A DNA stretch of 64,000 nucleotides from Nitrospirota bacterium (lineage in GTDB: Bacteria > Nitrospirota > UBA9217). Under the pieces are notes generated by a model. That model did no database searches, was not told the origin of the DNA, and saw nothing but the letters and a program-made list of their open reading frames with translations. A program made the position numbers and the translations under genes. Shown here piece by piece: positions 1 to 11,625 of the stretch. The stretch spans positions 32,001 through 96,000 of the forward strand of contig CAVUHW010000010.1 of the NCBI GenBank assembly GCA_963741205.1, given 5' to 3'. Position 1 is the stretch's first letter. Every line of letters starts with the position of its first letter.

Positions 1-1639
1 CAGCCAGAACGTATCTCGGCACGATAATACCGACAGAGTGCGCGAGTTCCTTGGCCTCGTGCTCGAAGAGTGATTTGCGGCCCTCCTTCGGGCTGTCTGA
101 ATGATATCTGCGGGTGTTTTCATTGATGATTGGTCGAACCTTGATTCTATGGATGTAGCGATTTCTAAAACCATATCCCCGATGGAAGCATTCGGGGATG
201 ACCGTTGGTGTGCCGAAGCAGTTGATGTCATTCCCGAGGTACGGAATCGGCAATCCGGTTTGATGGTCATGTCTTGCCTGCACATCGCCTTTCTGATAGC
301 GGCAAGCGCCCGCACGGCCCTCTCCGGCGACGGGTACACGGGGATGCCGTGCTTCAACAGCAAGTTCATCGCCTCGCGGGTGTAGCCCAGCCCCTGGAGG
401 ATGCAGCAGGCGACGGGCTTGTTCGCCTCATGACACGCGCGGGCGATGAGCTCCGTCGCCTCGTCGGTCACCGTCGTCGCTCCCATGAGTACGATGATGA
501 CGGCGGCGTCATAATGCGGCAGGGCCTCTTTGAGCGCCGTAAAATAATCTTCGTTCCTCCCGCTTCCGGTGAGGTCGATGGGATTGCCCTTGACGAAATA
601 GGGAGGGAAGGCCGAATCGAGCCTTTTCCGGACCTCTTCCGGAAGAGCCGGCATCACGAAGCCTTCCTTCTGCGCCTGGTCCGATGCCGCGACCGCCATG
701 CCGCCGCCGTTCGTCAGGATAAGGAGCCTGTTCCCCGCGCAGGGGGGCTCCATCAAGCGCGACGGCCTTTGCCGCGTCGATCATGTGGTCGAAACCATAG
801 GCTTCGACGGCCCCGGCCTGCCGGAAGGCGGCCTGGTAGAGGCCGTATCTGCCTGCAAGCGTCGCCGTGTGCGACGCCACGGCAGAGGCGCCCAGCTCGT
901 GTTTGCCCGCCTTCCATACGACCAGCGGCTTCTTCGCCGCGAACGCCTTCGCCGATTTCAGGAATTTTCTTCCGTCCGCCACGGACTCCATGTACATGGC
1001 GACCGCGCCGGTCTGAGGGTCGTCCGCGAAATAATCGAGGCAGTCCGCATCATCGATATCGAGCCGGTTTCCGTAGTTCACGGCCTTGGCGATCCCGATA
1101 TCGTCGCGGGCGAGGGCCTCCATCAGAATGACCGTGATAGCGCCGCTCTGGGAGATGATCGAAAGCCTTCCCGCAGCGGGCCGCGAAACACGGTGACGGG
1201 ACACGAAGAAGCTGTCGAGTCCGTTGTCCGTATTGTAGACGCCGAGGGCATTCGGTCCGATGACCCGTATGCCGTAGCGCAGCGTTGTTTCCGCCAGCCG
1301 TTTCTGCATGCCGAGGCCGGCCTCTCCCGCCTCGGCAAAGCCGGAGCTGACTAAAATCGCCCGGCGGATGCCTTTCTCGTGCAGGCGTTCGATCTCCTGT
1401 TCCACAAGACGGGCCGGCAGCGCGACGATGGCAAGATCGATCGCCTCGGGGACCGCCGCGATGGATGGGTAGCACCGCTGTCCCAAAAGCGTTTCGTGCT
1501 TCGGGTTCACCGGGAAGACTGCGCCCCTGAACAGCGACAAGTTTTCCAGGATGGACGTGCCGGGTTTCAGGGGGTTGTCCGTGGCGCCGATGAGGGCCAC
1601 TGTTTTGGGGTGGAAGAACCCGTCGAGATCATGAGGCAT
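1..1639 (-). CDS. Acetate/acyl-CoA ligase (ADP-forming) family: CoA-binding and ligase domains followed by the start of an ATP-grasp domain; runs off the window; frameshifts near 730 and 90
   Basis: Motifs ALIGAT..P.K.G, VIGPNALG, ISQSGA, NYGNRLD, ASHTATLAG; near the edge, after a one-base correction, reads KSLFEHEAKELAHSVGIIVP, a typical ATP-grasp start. Confidence 0.85.
173..258. repeat. REP/RPE-like palindromic element (GTCAT(C/T)CC...GG(A/G)ATGAC family) inside the ligase reading frame
   Basis: atccccgatggaagcattcggggatgac and tgtcattcccgag..ggaatcggcaatcc; related copies at 22840, 32475, 36768 and 40051. Confidence 0.7.
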
Positions 1640-1723
1640 GTTAAAAAAATAGCATACTCATGAGACTCTTGCAACCGATATGATATTTCTTTCCAACACT
1701 TGACAAGTCGCAGTGAATCTTTT

Positions 1724-1815
1724 GTTGCGAGTTGCGAGTTGCGGGTTGCGGGTTGCGGGTCTGTGGGTTGCGGGTTACGGGTTTAACTCGCACCTCGCAA
1801 CGCGCACCTCGCAAC
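1724..1815. repeat. Intergenic heptamer tandem repeat (GTTGCGA/G)n with an inverted arm (CTCGCAA/C)n
   Basis: gttgcgagttgcgagttgcgggttgcgggttgcggg ... ctcgcacctcgcaacgcgcacctcgcaac. Confidence 0.85.
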
Positions 1816-1888
1816 ATCCTTTGCGGCCAAAGGCGCACTATGACCTTCATCATAGACTTTCTCTCCGGAACGAGGTATTATTCCCCCT

Positions 1889-2896
1889 ATGAAATTACCA
1901 AGAACATATCTCCGCCCCCTCCGATACGCCGTGCAACTCGGCTTTTTCCTCCTCACGGTGTTCATCGGCTACCGCTTCTACCAGTTCGTTCAGCACTTCG
2001 AGGCGGGCAGACCTTTTGTCGAACGGCCCGCGTCCGTGGACGCCTTTCTCCCGATCGGCGGGCTCATGGCCTTCAAGTACTTTATTCTGACCGGCATCGT
2101 CGAGCCCGTGCACCCATCGGGCTTCATCATGTTCGCCGCCATCCTCGGCGTCTCGCTGGCCGTGAAGAAAGGCTTCTGCGGCTGGATCTGCCCCGTCGGC
2201 ACGCTGTCGCAGTATATCTGGATGGCGGGTGAGAAAATCTTCGGAAGGAATTTCCGCATCAAGGGTTTCACGGACATCTCTCTGCGGTCGCTGAAGTACG
2301 TTCTCCTCGTGCTTTTCCTGTTCCTGATCGGAATCGCCATGCCGCCGAACATGATGGCGCTGTTCTTTATCGCCGACTACTACAAGGTCGTGGACGTGCG
2401 GATGATGAAGTTCTTCACCGAGATGACCGCGGTCACGATGTGGGTCCTGATCGCGCTCGGCGCGCTTTCCCTCCTGTACAAGAACTTCTGGTGCCGCTAC
2501 CTCTGCCCCTACGGCGCGCTTCTGGGCCTTTTGGGCAGGCTCAGCCCCTTGAAAGTCCGGCGCAACGAGGAGAAGTGCATCCACTGCCACGCCTGCACGA
2601 AGCATTGCCCGACGCTGATCGATGTGGAGCAGAAGGATGTGGTGAAGTCCGAAGAGTGCTTCGGGTGCATGACCTGCGTGAGCCGCTGTCCGGCGGAGGG
2701 GGCGCTCGACCTTACGCTCAAAACCGGCAAGAAGGTCAGCGTCGTCAAGGCCTGGCTATTTCCCATTATCCTGATTGCGCTGTTCTATCTCGTGATCGGC
2801 ATCGGCATGGCCACGGACAAGTGGCATTCGAAGATCCCCTACGAGGACTACCAGCAGCTCATCCCGGAAGTGCAGAAGGAATATTCGAAGCGGTGA
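1889..2896 (+). CDS. Membrane 4Fe-4S binding protein (NapH/YccM-like polyferredoxin)
   Basis: FCGWICPVG and WCRYLCPYG motifs, two CxxCxxCxxxCP motifs, TM helices. Confidence 0.88.
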   Translation: MKLPRTYLRPLRYAVQLGFFLLTVFIGYRFYQFVQHFEAGRPFVERPASVDAFLPIGGLMAFKYFILTGIVEPVHPSGFIMFAAILGVSLAVKKGFCGWICPVGTLSQYIWMAGEKIFGRNFRIKGFTDISLRSLKYVLLVLFLFLIGIAMPPNMMALFFIADYYKVVDVRMMKFFTEMTAVTMWVLIALGALSLLYKNFWCRYLCPYGALLGLLGRLSPLKVRRNEEKCIHCHACTKHCPTLIDVEQKDVVKSEECFGCMTCVSRCPAEGALDLTLKTGKKVSVVKAWLFPIILIALFYLVIGIGMATDKWHSKIPYEDYQQLIPEVQKEYSKR

Positions 2897-3187
2897 GCGG
2901 CAGTCGCTCTTGCTCATGCGGTTTCCATGACCGTGCTCACCAACTATAACTGCGCATCTTTTCATTTCTCCCCTGCGACTACAAAACCTAGCGTCCCTCT
3001 GCTGCTTGACTTCTCTCCAAAGTAAGCTATATTCAAAAAGTCGATTTGCAGACTCTCTTGTACAAACATGCCGTAATCATATACTACTTCAGTACCTTAT
3101 CCAAATAAAAGAACCAACCCGCAACGCATATGTCCGGGCGGGCATCACGCCGTTTTCGAATACTACAATTGAGAAAGGAGATGTTGA

Positions 3188-3625
3188 ATGCTTAAAGAGT
3201 TCAAGGAATTCATCGTGCGAGGTAATGTGGTGGATCTTGCAGTCGGCATCATCATCGGCGGTGCTTTCGGTAAAATCGTCACCTCCCTGGTGAACGATGT
3301 CCTGATGCCGCCGCTGGGGAAGATAATGGGCAACGTGGATTTCAGCGGGTTGTTCATCAACCTCTCGGGGACTCCGTATCCGTCGCTGGCGGCAGCCAAG
3401 GCAGCAGGGGCGGCCACGATAAACTACGGCATGTTCATCAACACGGTGATCGATTTCATCATTGTGGCGGCTGCGATCTTCGTGCTGATCAAACAGGTCA
3501 ATCGTTTGAAAAAACCCGTGGAGGTTGCGGCTCCATCCACCAAAGCATGCCCCTATTGCACCTCGAGTATACCGCTCAAGGCAACCCGGTGTCCCCAATG
3601 CACATCGGAATTAAAGCCGGCGTGA
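3188..3625 (+). CDS. mscL: Large-conductance mechanosensitive channel with a C-terminal zinc ribbon
   Basis: [31 protein letters not shown]; C-terminal CPYC...RCPQCT. Confidence 0.95.
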   Translation: MLKEFKEFIVRGNVVDLAVGIIIGGAFGKIVTSLVNDVLMPPLGKIMGNVDFSGLFINLSGTPYPSLAAAKAAGAATINYGMFINTVIDFIIVAAAIFVLIKQVNRLKKPVEVAAPSTKACPYCTSSIPLKATRCPQCTSELKPA

Positions 3626-3852
3626 AAAAGTACGAGCAGCAGTTCGGTAAAAACTAATGAATGGGATCGCAACGGGGAAGAGAACAAGACCATGAAAAGA
3701 CTGGCTCTACTGATTGCCGATATGTTTCCTGGCTGACATAATCTACGCCAGGCACATCGCACGGGTGCTTGGAAACTTTCACGAGGTCGGGAGTAAGAAA
3801 CAAATTCGTTGATTGTTGATTCTTATATTACATTGTACCGCCACAGACCTCC

Positions 3853-3886
3853 AAAAAAAAACAGCGGAGGCCCGCTGCCTCCGCTG
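3853..3886 (-). terminator. Intrinsic terminator downstream of the pterin-binding gene
   Basis: cagcggaggc/gcctccgctg stem next to an A9 run (U-tract on the minus strand). Confidence 0.65.
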
Positions 3887-3914
3887 ACGTTACACATCAT
3901 CGCTGGTCTAAGTT

Positions 3915-4697
3915 CTACGCCAGGTCCCCGGCCGCGAAGGTGATCTCGTCCCGGAATGTCTTGATGAGATACACCACCTTCATAAGCTCCGCGTCATTCA
4001 CATTCACCATGGCCGCGGACAGTCCCGCTCCCGCGAGATAGGAGAGATAGGCCGAGGCCACGGTGGATTTCAGGTCCTTCGGCAGGCCGGTAGTGACGTT
4101 CGAGATCCAGACCGCGGTGTTGAGCGGCGGGTCTACCATCTCGTTTAAGACCACCACGCTCTCGTGGGCGTTCAGGAGGTGCTCCTGGCCCATGCCCTTG
4201 CTGATGTGCACTACCGACGGGTCGGCGAAGAGCCGTTCGTTCGGGATATCGGCGGCGTTCGCCTTCTCGACGAGGTCCTCGATGATCATGAGCTTGGCCT
4301 CGAGCGTCGTGGGTACGGTCCCCTTGAGCGCCCGGAGGATAAGGTTCGACTTGGTCTCCCGGACGAGCGACAGAATCTCGTCGGGATTTTTTTCATCCGC
4401 AGAGAGGTAGTTGATGATCGGCGGCTCCTTGCAGAGCGGGACGGCCTTCCGGAGCGCCTTCACATTCCTCGAATCCAGGCAGAGCGGCAGGCCGGAGCCC
4501 TCCTGGACGGCCTCGGCCGCGAACGGGAGCGCTTCTTCGTCACCGCTGCCGTCGGACGAGACCTGGACATTGATCAGCTCTGCCCCTTTTGCCGCAAGCT
4601 CCTTTGCCATCGCCGCGATGGCCTTCTTGTCCTTCTTCTTTACCGCTCCCATGTAGGCCTTGTTCCTGATGCTGAGATTGTCCGCGATTACAAGCAT
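3915..4697 (-). CDS. Pterin-binding methyltetrahydrofolate:corrinoid methyltransferase (AcsE/MetH folate domain-like)
   Basis: Motifs LCLDS, IINY, FADP and WISNV at the positions typical of the AcsE-like TIM barrel. Confidence 0.75.
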   Translation of the reverse strand: MLVIADNLSIRNKAYMGAVKKKDKKAIAAMAKELAAKGAELINVQVSSDGSGDEEALPFAAEAVQEGSGLPLCLDSRNVKALRKAVPLCKEPPIINYLSADEKNPDEILSLVRETKSNLILRALKGTVPTTLEAKLMIIEDLVEKANAADIPNERLFADPSVVHISKGMGQEHLLNAHESVVVLNEMVDPPLNTAVWISNVTTGLPKDLKSTVASAYLSYLAGAGLSAAMVNVNDAELMKVVYLIKTFRDEITFAAGDLA

Positions 4698-4907
4698 TCT
4701 TTCCTCCTTGACGTGGTAAAATTGAAAATATTTTAGAATGGCGTTGATTTCCGATTAGGGGACCAAGGCTTCACGTATCGGACATGACCGTACTTTACGT
4801 TACTCCAGAGAGGGGCTTTCTCTTAACCGTTGCGTCCTGTGCCCGGTTCGGGACCGATCGGTTCCAGTTTACAGTTAGTATACCATAACCCGGATCACGT
4901 CCGTCGT

Positions 4908-7545
4908 TTACGTCGGCCGCATTTTCCTCACGACGAATTTCCGGCCTTCCTCGGCGAAGAGCAGGAAGACCACGAAAGGGATGAGCATAAGCCATACATC
5001 GAGCGATACGGGTGCGGTTGAGAATATCCTGTTTCCCAGGGGATGGTAGACGATAACGACCTGCAGGAGGAGTTCGAACGCGATACCGATGAAGATCAAG
5101 CGGTTCGAGAAAAAGTCGCGCGTGAAGACCGACTCGCGGGACGACCTGCAGGCAAAGACGTTGCCGACCTGCATCATAACGATGCCCAGGAACGTCGCGG
5201 TAGAGGCCTGGCGCACGAGAACGTCATCCAAAGGCAAAGACGCGCCCCACGTCCAGCCGCCCTGCCTGAGCACGTAAAAGTACGCGAAGAGTGCGCCGGC
5301 CGTGCTGATGAGCCCGAGAAACACGTAGCTCCTGATGAGGAGCGCCGCGTCGATGAGGCTGCTGTGTTTGGACCGGGGCGGGCGGCTCATGATGTTTGCC
5401 TCCGGCGCCTCGACGCCGAGAGCGAGGGCCGGGATGGTTTCGGTGCCGAGGTCGATAGCCAGGATCTGGGCCACCGTAATCGGAAGAGGAATCCTGATGA
5501 GCGCATACAGGATATAGGGCACGGCCTCCGGGGTCAGGTGGGCGAAGATATAGGTAATGAATTTCTTGATGTTTTCGAAGATGGCCCGCCCTTCTTCGAT
5601 GGCGTTTACGATGGTCGCGAAGTTGTCATCGAGAAGGACCATGTCCGCGGCCTCCTTGGCCACGTCCGTGCCCGTGAGCCCCATGGCGATCCCGATGTCC
5701 GCCCGCTTCAGGGCCGGGGCGTCGTTCACGCCGTCGCCGGTCACCGCGACGCGTTCTCCCTCCTCCTTCAGGACGTTTACGACGCGCAGCTTGTGCTTCG
5801 GCGTCATGCGCGTGAAAAGGACCTCGGGCTTTGCAAGGACTGCCCGCAGTTCCGGGTCGGTCATGTTCACGAACGCCTCTCCCTCGACAATGGTTGGGCT
5901 GCCGGACACAAGCCCGATTTCCCGCGCGATGGCTGCGGCGGTCCTCGATGCGTCGCCGGTGATCATGATGACGCGTATGCCCGCTTTTCTGCACATTTCT
6001 ATCGCCCTCGCCACATCCGGCCGGGGAGGGTCTTCGAGCCCGATAAGGCCGGTGAAGATCATGTCCTGTTCCGCCTCTTCCCTGTCCTGGAGCCGCACGC
6101 TGGGCTCCGCCTCACGGTATGCGAAGCCCAGGACGCGCAGGCCCTGGTCCATAAATGACTGGTACAGGTCCGTTATTTCCCGTCGCAGTTCCTTCGTCGA
6201 GGGGGACGACGGCGCCGCCTTTCACGGAACGCGTGCAGACGGAGAGCACAGTCTCGGGCGCGCCCTTGGTCATGACATAAACGGCGTCCTTGACGGCGTT
6301 CACCGTGCTCATCCGTTTATGTTCGGTGTCAAAGGCAAATTCCCGGATGCGGCGCTGGTCCGCAGTCGCTCCGTGTTCCAGCGCCGCCCGGTAGATGGCC
6401 ACTTCGGTGGGGTCTCCCCTGAGCTCGCCGTTCACGTTCCGCGTATTGTTGCACGTGAGCGCGGCGGTGAAGAGCCACGGGCTGATTGCCGATGAACCGC
6501 TGCCGGGCGCGCCGACCTTCCTGACCGTCATCTCGTTTTTCGTGAGCGTGCCGGTCTTGTCCGTGCAGATCACCGAAACGGAGCCGAGCGTCTCGACAGC
6601 GGTGAGGGTCTTGATGAGCGCGTTCCGCTTTGCCATGCGCTGGCTTCCCATGGCGAGGGAGAGGGTCACGGTCGGGAGCAGGCCCTCGGGGACATTGGCC
6701 ACGATGATGCCCACTGCAAACAGAAAATTTTCCCAGAACGTCCTGCCGCTTGCGTAGCCGATGGCGAAGAAGAGGACGCCGGTGACCGTTGCGATGACGG
6801 CGACGATCCGCGTGATCCTCGCGATCTCCCGCTGGAGCGGGGAGAGGCCCGGCGAGACCGTATCCGTCAGGTGGGCGATCCTCCCGAACTCGGTCCGCAT
6901 GCCCGTTGCAAAGACCACGCCCTTGCCCGATCCGCTCACGGCGGCGGTGCCTGCAAAGGCCACGTTGGGGCTGTGCAGGATATCGGCGTCGGAGGGCGCG
7001 GTGGAACGCGCTACCGGCTCCGATTCTCCGGTGAGCGGCGCATTGTTTACCTTGAGGTCAACCGACTCGATGAGCCGGACATCTGCGGGCACTTTGTCCC
7101 CTTCGCCTACCAGCACAACGTCTCCGGGGACGATCTCGTCGGCGGGGAGTTCGAGCTCGGCGCGGTCCCGCAGGACTCTGACACGGAAGGGGAGGAGCTT
7201 CTTCATGGCCTCAAGGGCTTTTTCAGCGCGGAACTCCTGGATAAAAGTGAACACGGCGTTGAGGAGGATGACCGCGACGATAGCGAGGCCGAGAGTGAAC
7301 ATGCCCTCGCCGGGGTGGAGGTACTCCGAGACGAAGGAAAGCCCCGCCGCGACCCAGAGCAGCACGGCGAGAAAGTGCGTGAACTGGTCGAGGAACCGGA
7401 GAATGAGGGGACGCCCTTTGACGGCCTCGATCCGGTTCGGACCGAACTCCGCAAGTCGGCGCGCAGCCTCCTCTCCGGACAGGCCGGTTTCGGAGGTGAC
7501 GAGCGTCTGGAAGACTGCTTCCGTCGTGAGGCTGCTGATCTTCAT
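4908..7545 (-). CDS. Cation-transporting P-type ATPase (type II); frameshift near 6150
   Basis: LTGES, ANVPEGL, DKTGTLT, KGAPE, MITGD and TGDGVNDAPALK motifs across two ORFs. Confidence 0.93.
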
Positions 7546-7601
7546 GAAATTCCGAACACAGATTACTCAGATAGATTATTCTGATCGGGAACCAAAAGGC
7601 G

Positions 7602-7703
7602 TCTCACGCAAAGCCGCAAAGGACGCAAAGGAAATCTTTAAGTCTTGGCATTAAATTCAATAGCTATTGCCTTTCTTTGCGAGCTTAGCGACTTTGCGAG
7701 AAA
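7602..7703. repeat. Nonamer tandem repeat with inverted arm (CGCAAAGnn / nnCTTTGCG)
   Basis: tctcacgcaaagccgcaaaggacgcaaag ... ctttgcgagcttagcgactttgcgagaaa. Confidence 0.75.
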
Positions 7704-7791
7704 TATTTTTGCCGTTTCAAGAAAAATTTTGATTTTTAACTGGCTAATGAAAGCATTTGGGAATTCGTCAAGAATCCTGACTCTTCCGGGT

Positions 7792-8637
7792 TTAAGGCGG
7801 GCTCTTGTGCCTCGGCTTCAAGATGATCAGATCGCACGTCGTTTCCCGGAGGACCCGTTCTACGGGATTTCCCCTGAGCAGCGAGTTCAGGAGGCTGCGT
7901 TCGCTGGCTCCCATGATGATCAGGTCGTGCAGCTTCGCGGCTGCCTCAATAGTGATGTTCCTGCCTGCGACGCCGGGGATGAGCTTCTTTTCGTGGCTCA
8001 CCGCATTGCGGTTCAGGACATCGATGAAGCGGGCCATGTCCCCCGGGAGTCTAGCCTCCCATTCCACGGGAGTCAGATGGACCTCTCCGAGAAAGAACCG
8101 CATCAGCGGTTTCGTGGTATGGAAGAGATGGATGCGGGAGTCGAAGGCGGCAGCCAGGAGGGCCGTGAAATAAGCGCGCTCGTCCACATGATCGATCCTC
8201 GCCTTGAGCGGGACGAGGATGGTCCTGGGCCGGATGCGCCCCAGGTTTACGACGCGGACGAGCGCGACGGAACAGGGGAGGCGGAGCGAGAACTCCCGCG
8301 CCGTCGTGCGCGCATAGAACCGATTTTTTACGTCTTCATGGCGAGTGGCCGCGAAGACGATGTCGATCTTTTCAGCCGCGACGACCCTTCTGATCTCCTC
8401 AATCGGCATGCCGGTTTCGAGCACGCAGTCGGACCTGACATCCTGATCTCGGGCCCGGTCCGAAAGCCGTTTTACCGCTTCTTCCGCGGCGAGAACGTCC
8501 TTTTGTGATGTCCCTTTTTCCGCGACGGAGCAGAAATAGATCCTGGCATTCGCCTGTTTTGCGAGGTGCAGCGCGTATCGTGCGGCGATCTCGGAGTTCA
8601 GGTGTTCGTTGACGGCGGCCAGGATTTTTCTATACAT
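7792..8637 (-). CDS. Universal stress protein (tandem USP domains)
   Basis: MYRKILAAVN; DLIIMGASERS; GNPVERVLRETTCDLIILK. Confidence 0.88.
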   Translation of the reverse strand: MYRKILAAVNEHLNSEIAARYALHLAKQANARIYFCSVAEKGTSQKDVLAAEEAVKRLSDRARDQDVRSDCVLETGMPIEEIRRVVAAEKIDIVFAATRHEDVKNRFYARTTAREFSLRLPCSVALVRVVNLGRIRPRTILVPLKARIDHVDERAYFTALLAAAFDSRIHLFHTTKPLMRFFLGEVHLTPVEWEARLPGDMARFIDVLNRNAVSHEKKLIPGVAGRNITIEAAAKLHDLIIMGASERSLLNSLLRGNPVERVLRETTCDLIILKPRHKSPP

Positions 8638-8728
8638 GCGTAAAAGATAGCACCGGGACCGCGGGAAATCAAATCGGCGATCTGTGACGAACCTTGACAA
8701 AATCCCCATATCCTTTATTATTGATGGC

Positions 8729-9605
8729 ATGCTGGTTGAGAAACTGGGTCTCCACCATAAGGACATTCTTGTTCCCCGCCTCAAGGCGGCGGGCTCGGCG
8801 CTCTCGGAATACACGTTTGCGAATCTCTTCCTGTTCCGCAAAAACCACGATTACGAGATCCTTACTGACCGGGATGTTTTCATCAAAGGGATATCCTATG
8901 ACGGCCGCGTCTACCTGATGCCGACCGTCCGACGTGCGCACCCTGGACCCGCAGTATCTCAGGGACCTCATGACGGACGTCGATTTCCTGTTCCCGATCC
9001 CCGAGGCGTGGCTTGCGGCCTTCGATGAGCGCTCATTCGAGATCGCCTTTATCGGGGGCGACGCGGACTACCTGTACACCGTGGAGAAGATGAGCACCCT
9101 CGGCGGAAGAAGGCTCCACAAGAAGAGGAACCTCTTGAAGCAGTTTCTCGAAATGTACGTACATGACGCCCGGCCACTCACGAACGACAAACTCGACGAG
9201 GCGCGCTTCGTTCTGGAGGACTGGATGAAGGCTTCGACGATGAACCCCGGCGATACGGATTACGGACCCTGCCGTGAGGCGCTCGACCGGTATGAAGAAC
9301 TTATCCTGTGCGGAGGCATCTACTATGCCGAGGGTGAGCCCGCGGGTTTCGTGCTCGGCGAAGAGCTGGGCGCGGACACCTTTGTCCTGCACTTTGCCAA
9401 GGCCCGGACGAAGTTCAAGGGGATCTACCAGTATATGTTCAACACCTTCGCCAAGATCCTGCCGCCGAAGTACAAATACCTGAACCTGGAGCAGGACCTT
9501 GACCAGGAAAACCTGCGCGTGTTCAAAGGGTCCTACGTGCCTGATGCGATGCTCCGAAAGGCAAGGGTGAGTTTGAAGAAAACGGGAGCGCCGGTCATTC
9601 CATGA
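8729..9605 (+). CDS. DUF2156 / phosphatidylglycerol lysyltransferase C-terminal-like (GNAT-fold) protein; frameshift near 8935
   Basis: SEYTFANLF, DYLY, GRRLHKKRN, VLHFAKA, KGIYQ, YLNLEQDL. Confidence 0.8.
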
Positions 9606-10522
9606 AAAAAGTCGGATTTGCCTATGATGAAGTCTGTCTGCGCCACGAGCCGCCGTTGTGGCACCCTGACTCCCCGGACCGTCTTGTCAACATCATCGTA
9701 AGCCTCAAAATCTCGGGTCTCTGGGCCGACCTGGTTCCTATTGCCCCGCGAAAGGCTACCTTTGATGACATCGCCCGCGTTCATGCCCCGGAGTATATCG
9801 AGAAGATCAGGACCCTCGGCGCGGGAGAGCTTGACCCGGACACCTATCTCTCGGAAGGCACCTTCGACGCCGCGCTCCACGCAGCCGGAGCGGTCATCGA
9901 AGCAATAGACCGCTGCAAAAAAGGCGAGATCGAGCGCGCCTTCTGCGCGGTCAGGCCTCCCGGACACCATGCCGAGGCGGGCACGGGCATGGGGTTCTGC
10001 ATCTTCAACAACGTCGCCGTCGGCGCCCGGTACGCTCAGACCGTCGGCTATGAGCGCGTGTTCATCGTCGATTTCGACGCCCACCACGGCAACGGCACGC
10101 AGCATATCTTCGAAGAGGAAGACACGGTCTTCTACTTCAGCACCCATCAGTATCCCTACTATCCCGAGACGGGCAAGGACATGGAGCGGGGCAGGGGCAA
10201 GGGTATGGGTTTTACGTACAACGTACCGATCTTAAAAGGCTCGGGAAACAAGGATTATTTGATGGTCTACCAGGACATCCTGCCGGGGGTCATCGACCGG
10301 TTCAGGCCAGACATCGTCCTCGTTTCTGCCGGATATGACATCCATGTGAACGACCCTCACGCCAACATCCGTGTCACGCACGAGGGTATCCATGGCATCG
10401 TGCAGAGCATCCTGCATTACTGTGCCCCCTGTCCTGCTGTGTTCGTTCTCGAGGGGGGGTACGATCTCCCGTCGCTTTGCGACTCGGTCAAGGTTACGAT
10501 CGAGGAGATGCTGAAAGGGTAG
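9602..10522 (+). CDS. Histone deacetylase family protein
   Basis: RPPGHHA, GFCIFNNVA, DFDAHHGNGTQ, SAGYD, LEGGY. Confidence 0.93.
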   Translation: MKKVGFAYDEVCLRHEPPLWHPDSPDRLVNIIVSLKISGLWADLVPIAPRKATFDDIARVHAPEYIEKIRTLGAGELDPDTYLSEGTFDAALHAAGAVIEAIDRCKKGEIERAFCAVRPPGHHAEAGTGMGFCIFNNVAVGARYAQTVGYERVFIVDFDAHHGNGTQHIFEEEDTVFYFSTHQYPYYPETGKDMERGRGKGMGFTYNVPILKGSGNKDYLMVYQDILPGVIDRFRPDIVLVSAGYDIHVNDPHANIRVTHEGIHGIVQSILHYCAPCPAVFVLEGGYDLPSLCDSVKVTIEEMLKG

Positions 10523-10634
10523 GGGCCGTCTCACGCAAACCGGTCATTCCGGGCGATATTCTATTGCCCAAGAGCCCCTTTTATGTTATGTATAGACGCA
10601 TCCATAGCAGGAGCGCGTTTACTTATCAATACCC

Positions 10635-11396
10635 ATGGGAAAGAATAAATTCTACGCAGTCGTAAAAGGGCACAGGCCGGGGATCTACGATGAATGGTTC
10701 GGCGCACGCGGCGCGGAAGCCAACGTAAGAGGATTTGCCGGCGCCCGGTACAAGGGTTTTACGTCGCGCCAAGAAGCCGAGGCGTGGTTCAAAGAATTAT
10801 CCGCGGAGACGCGAACGACGCACCAAAGCAGACCCACAGTAAGCAAGGAAGTATCATCCCGGCGGTTAAAAGTGATTATCAAAGAAGCACCCCATAAGCC
10901 AAGCGTGGCGGATAAGGGAAGTATCATAGTCTATACCGACGGCGGGTGCAGCAAAAACCCGGGGCCGGGCGGATACGGCGTGGTCTTGCTTCATGGCGAC
11001 GGCCGAAAAGAACTGTCGGGCGGCTATGCGAGAACCACCAATAACCGCATGGAATTGATGGCATGCATAAAGGGACTGGAGGCCCTCGAACAGAAATGCT
11101 CGGTTACCGTATACTGCGACTCCCAGTATGTCGTCAACGGCATCGAAAAAGGGTGGGCAGTGCGATGGAAACGGAACAACTGGAAGAGAAACAAAACCGA
11201 ATCGGCCGAAAACAGCGATTTGTGGTCGCAGCTTCTCGATCTGTGTGAAAAGCATGACGTGAGCTTCAGGTGGGTACGGGGCCATGACGGGAACAAGGAA
11301 AACGAACGCTGCGACCAGCTTGCGGTTGAAATGACGCGCTGCAGCGATCTGCCGCCTGATTGCGGATATAACGGAAAGTCCGGCCGGCCGGATTGA
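10635..11396 (+). CDS. rnhA: Ribonuclease HI with an N-terminal hybrid-binding (viroplasmin-like) domain
   Basis: KFYAVVKGHRPGIYDEW; YTDGG..NPGPGG, TTNNRMEL, DSQY, WVRGH..NERCD. Confidence 0.93.
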   Translation: MGKNKFYAVVKGHRPGIYDEWFGARGAEANVRGFAGARYKGFTSRQEAEAWFKELSAETRTTHQSRPTVSKEVSSRRLKVIIKEAPHKPSVADKGSIIVYTDGGCSKNPGPGGYGVVLLHGDGRKELSGGYARTTNNRMELMACIKGLEALEQKCSVTVYCDSQYVVNGIEKGWAVRWKRNNWKRNKTESAENSDLWSQLLDLCEKHDVSFRWVRGHDGNKENERCDQLAVEMTRCSDLPPDCGYNGKSGRPD

Positions 11397-11625
11397 CAAA
11401 TACGATCGATTCTGATTCAATGATCTCCCGGGATGGGGATAAGGCAACGGGAAATAACACGGGCGGCCGGCAAGGCCGCCCGAACTGTTTCAAGGGAAGG
11501 GCATATTGTTATTCTATCAAGCGATGCTATGAAATAATCTTATTCATGATACTATGGTTTCATTAAGGGGACATCTGTAAGCTGGATAACTAATGAAACA
11601 GCAGATTCGACCCCAATTGTCACGC

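Noticed and set aside
1724-1815. Tandem repeats as a CRISPR array
   Set aside because: Units are 7-9 nt with no unique spacers; no CRISPR array or cas gene was seen in the window.
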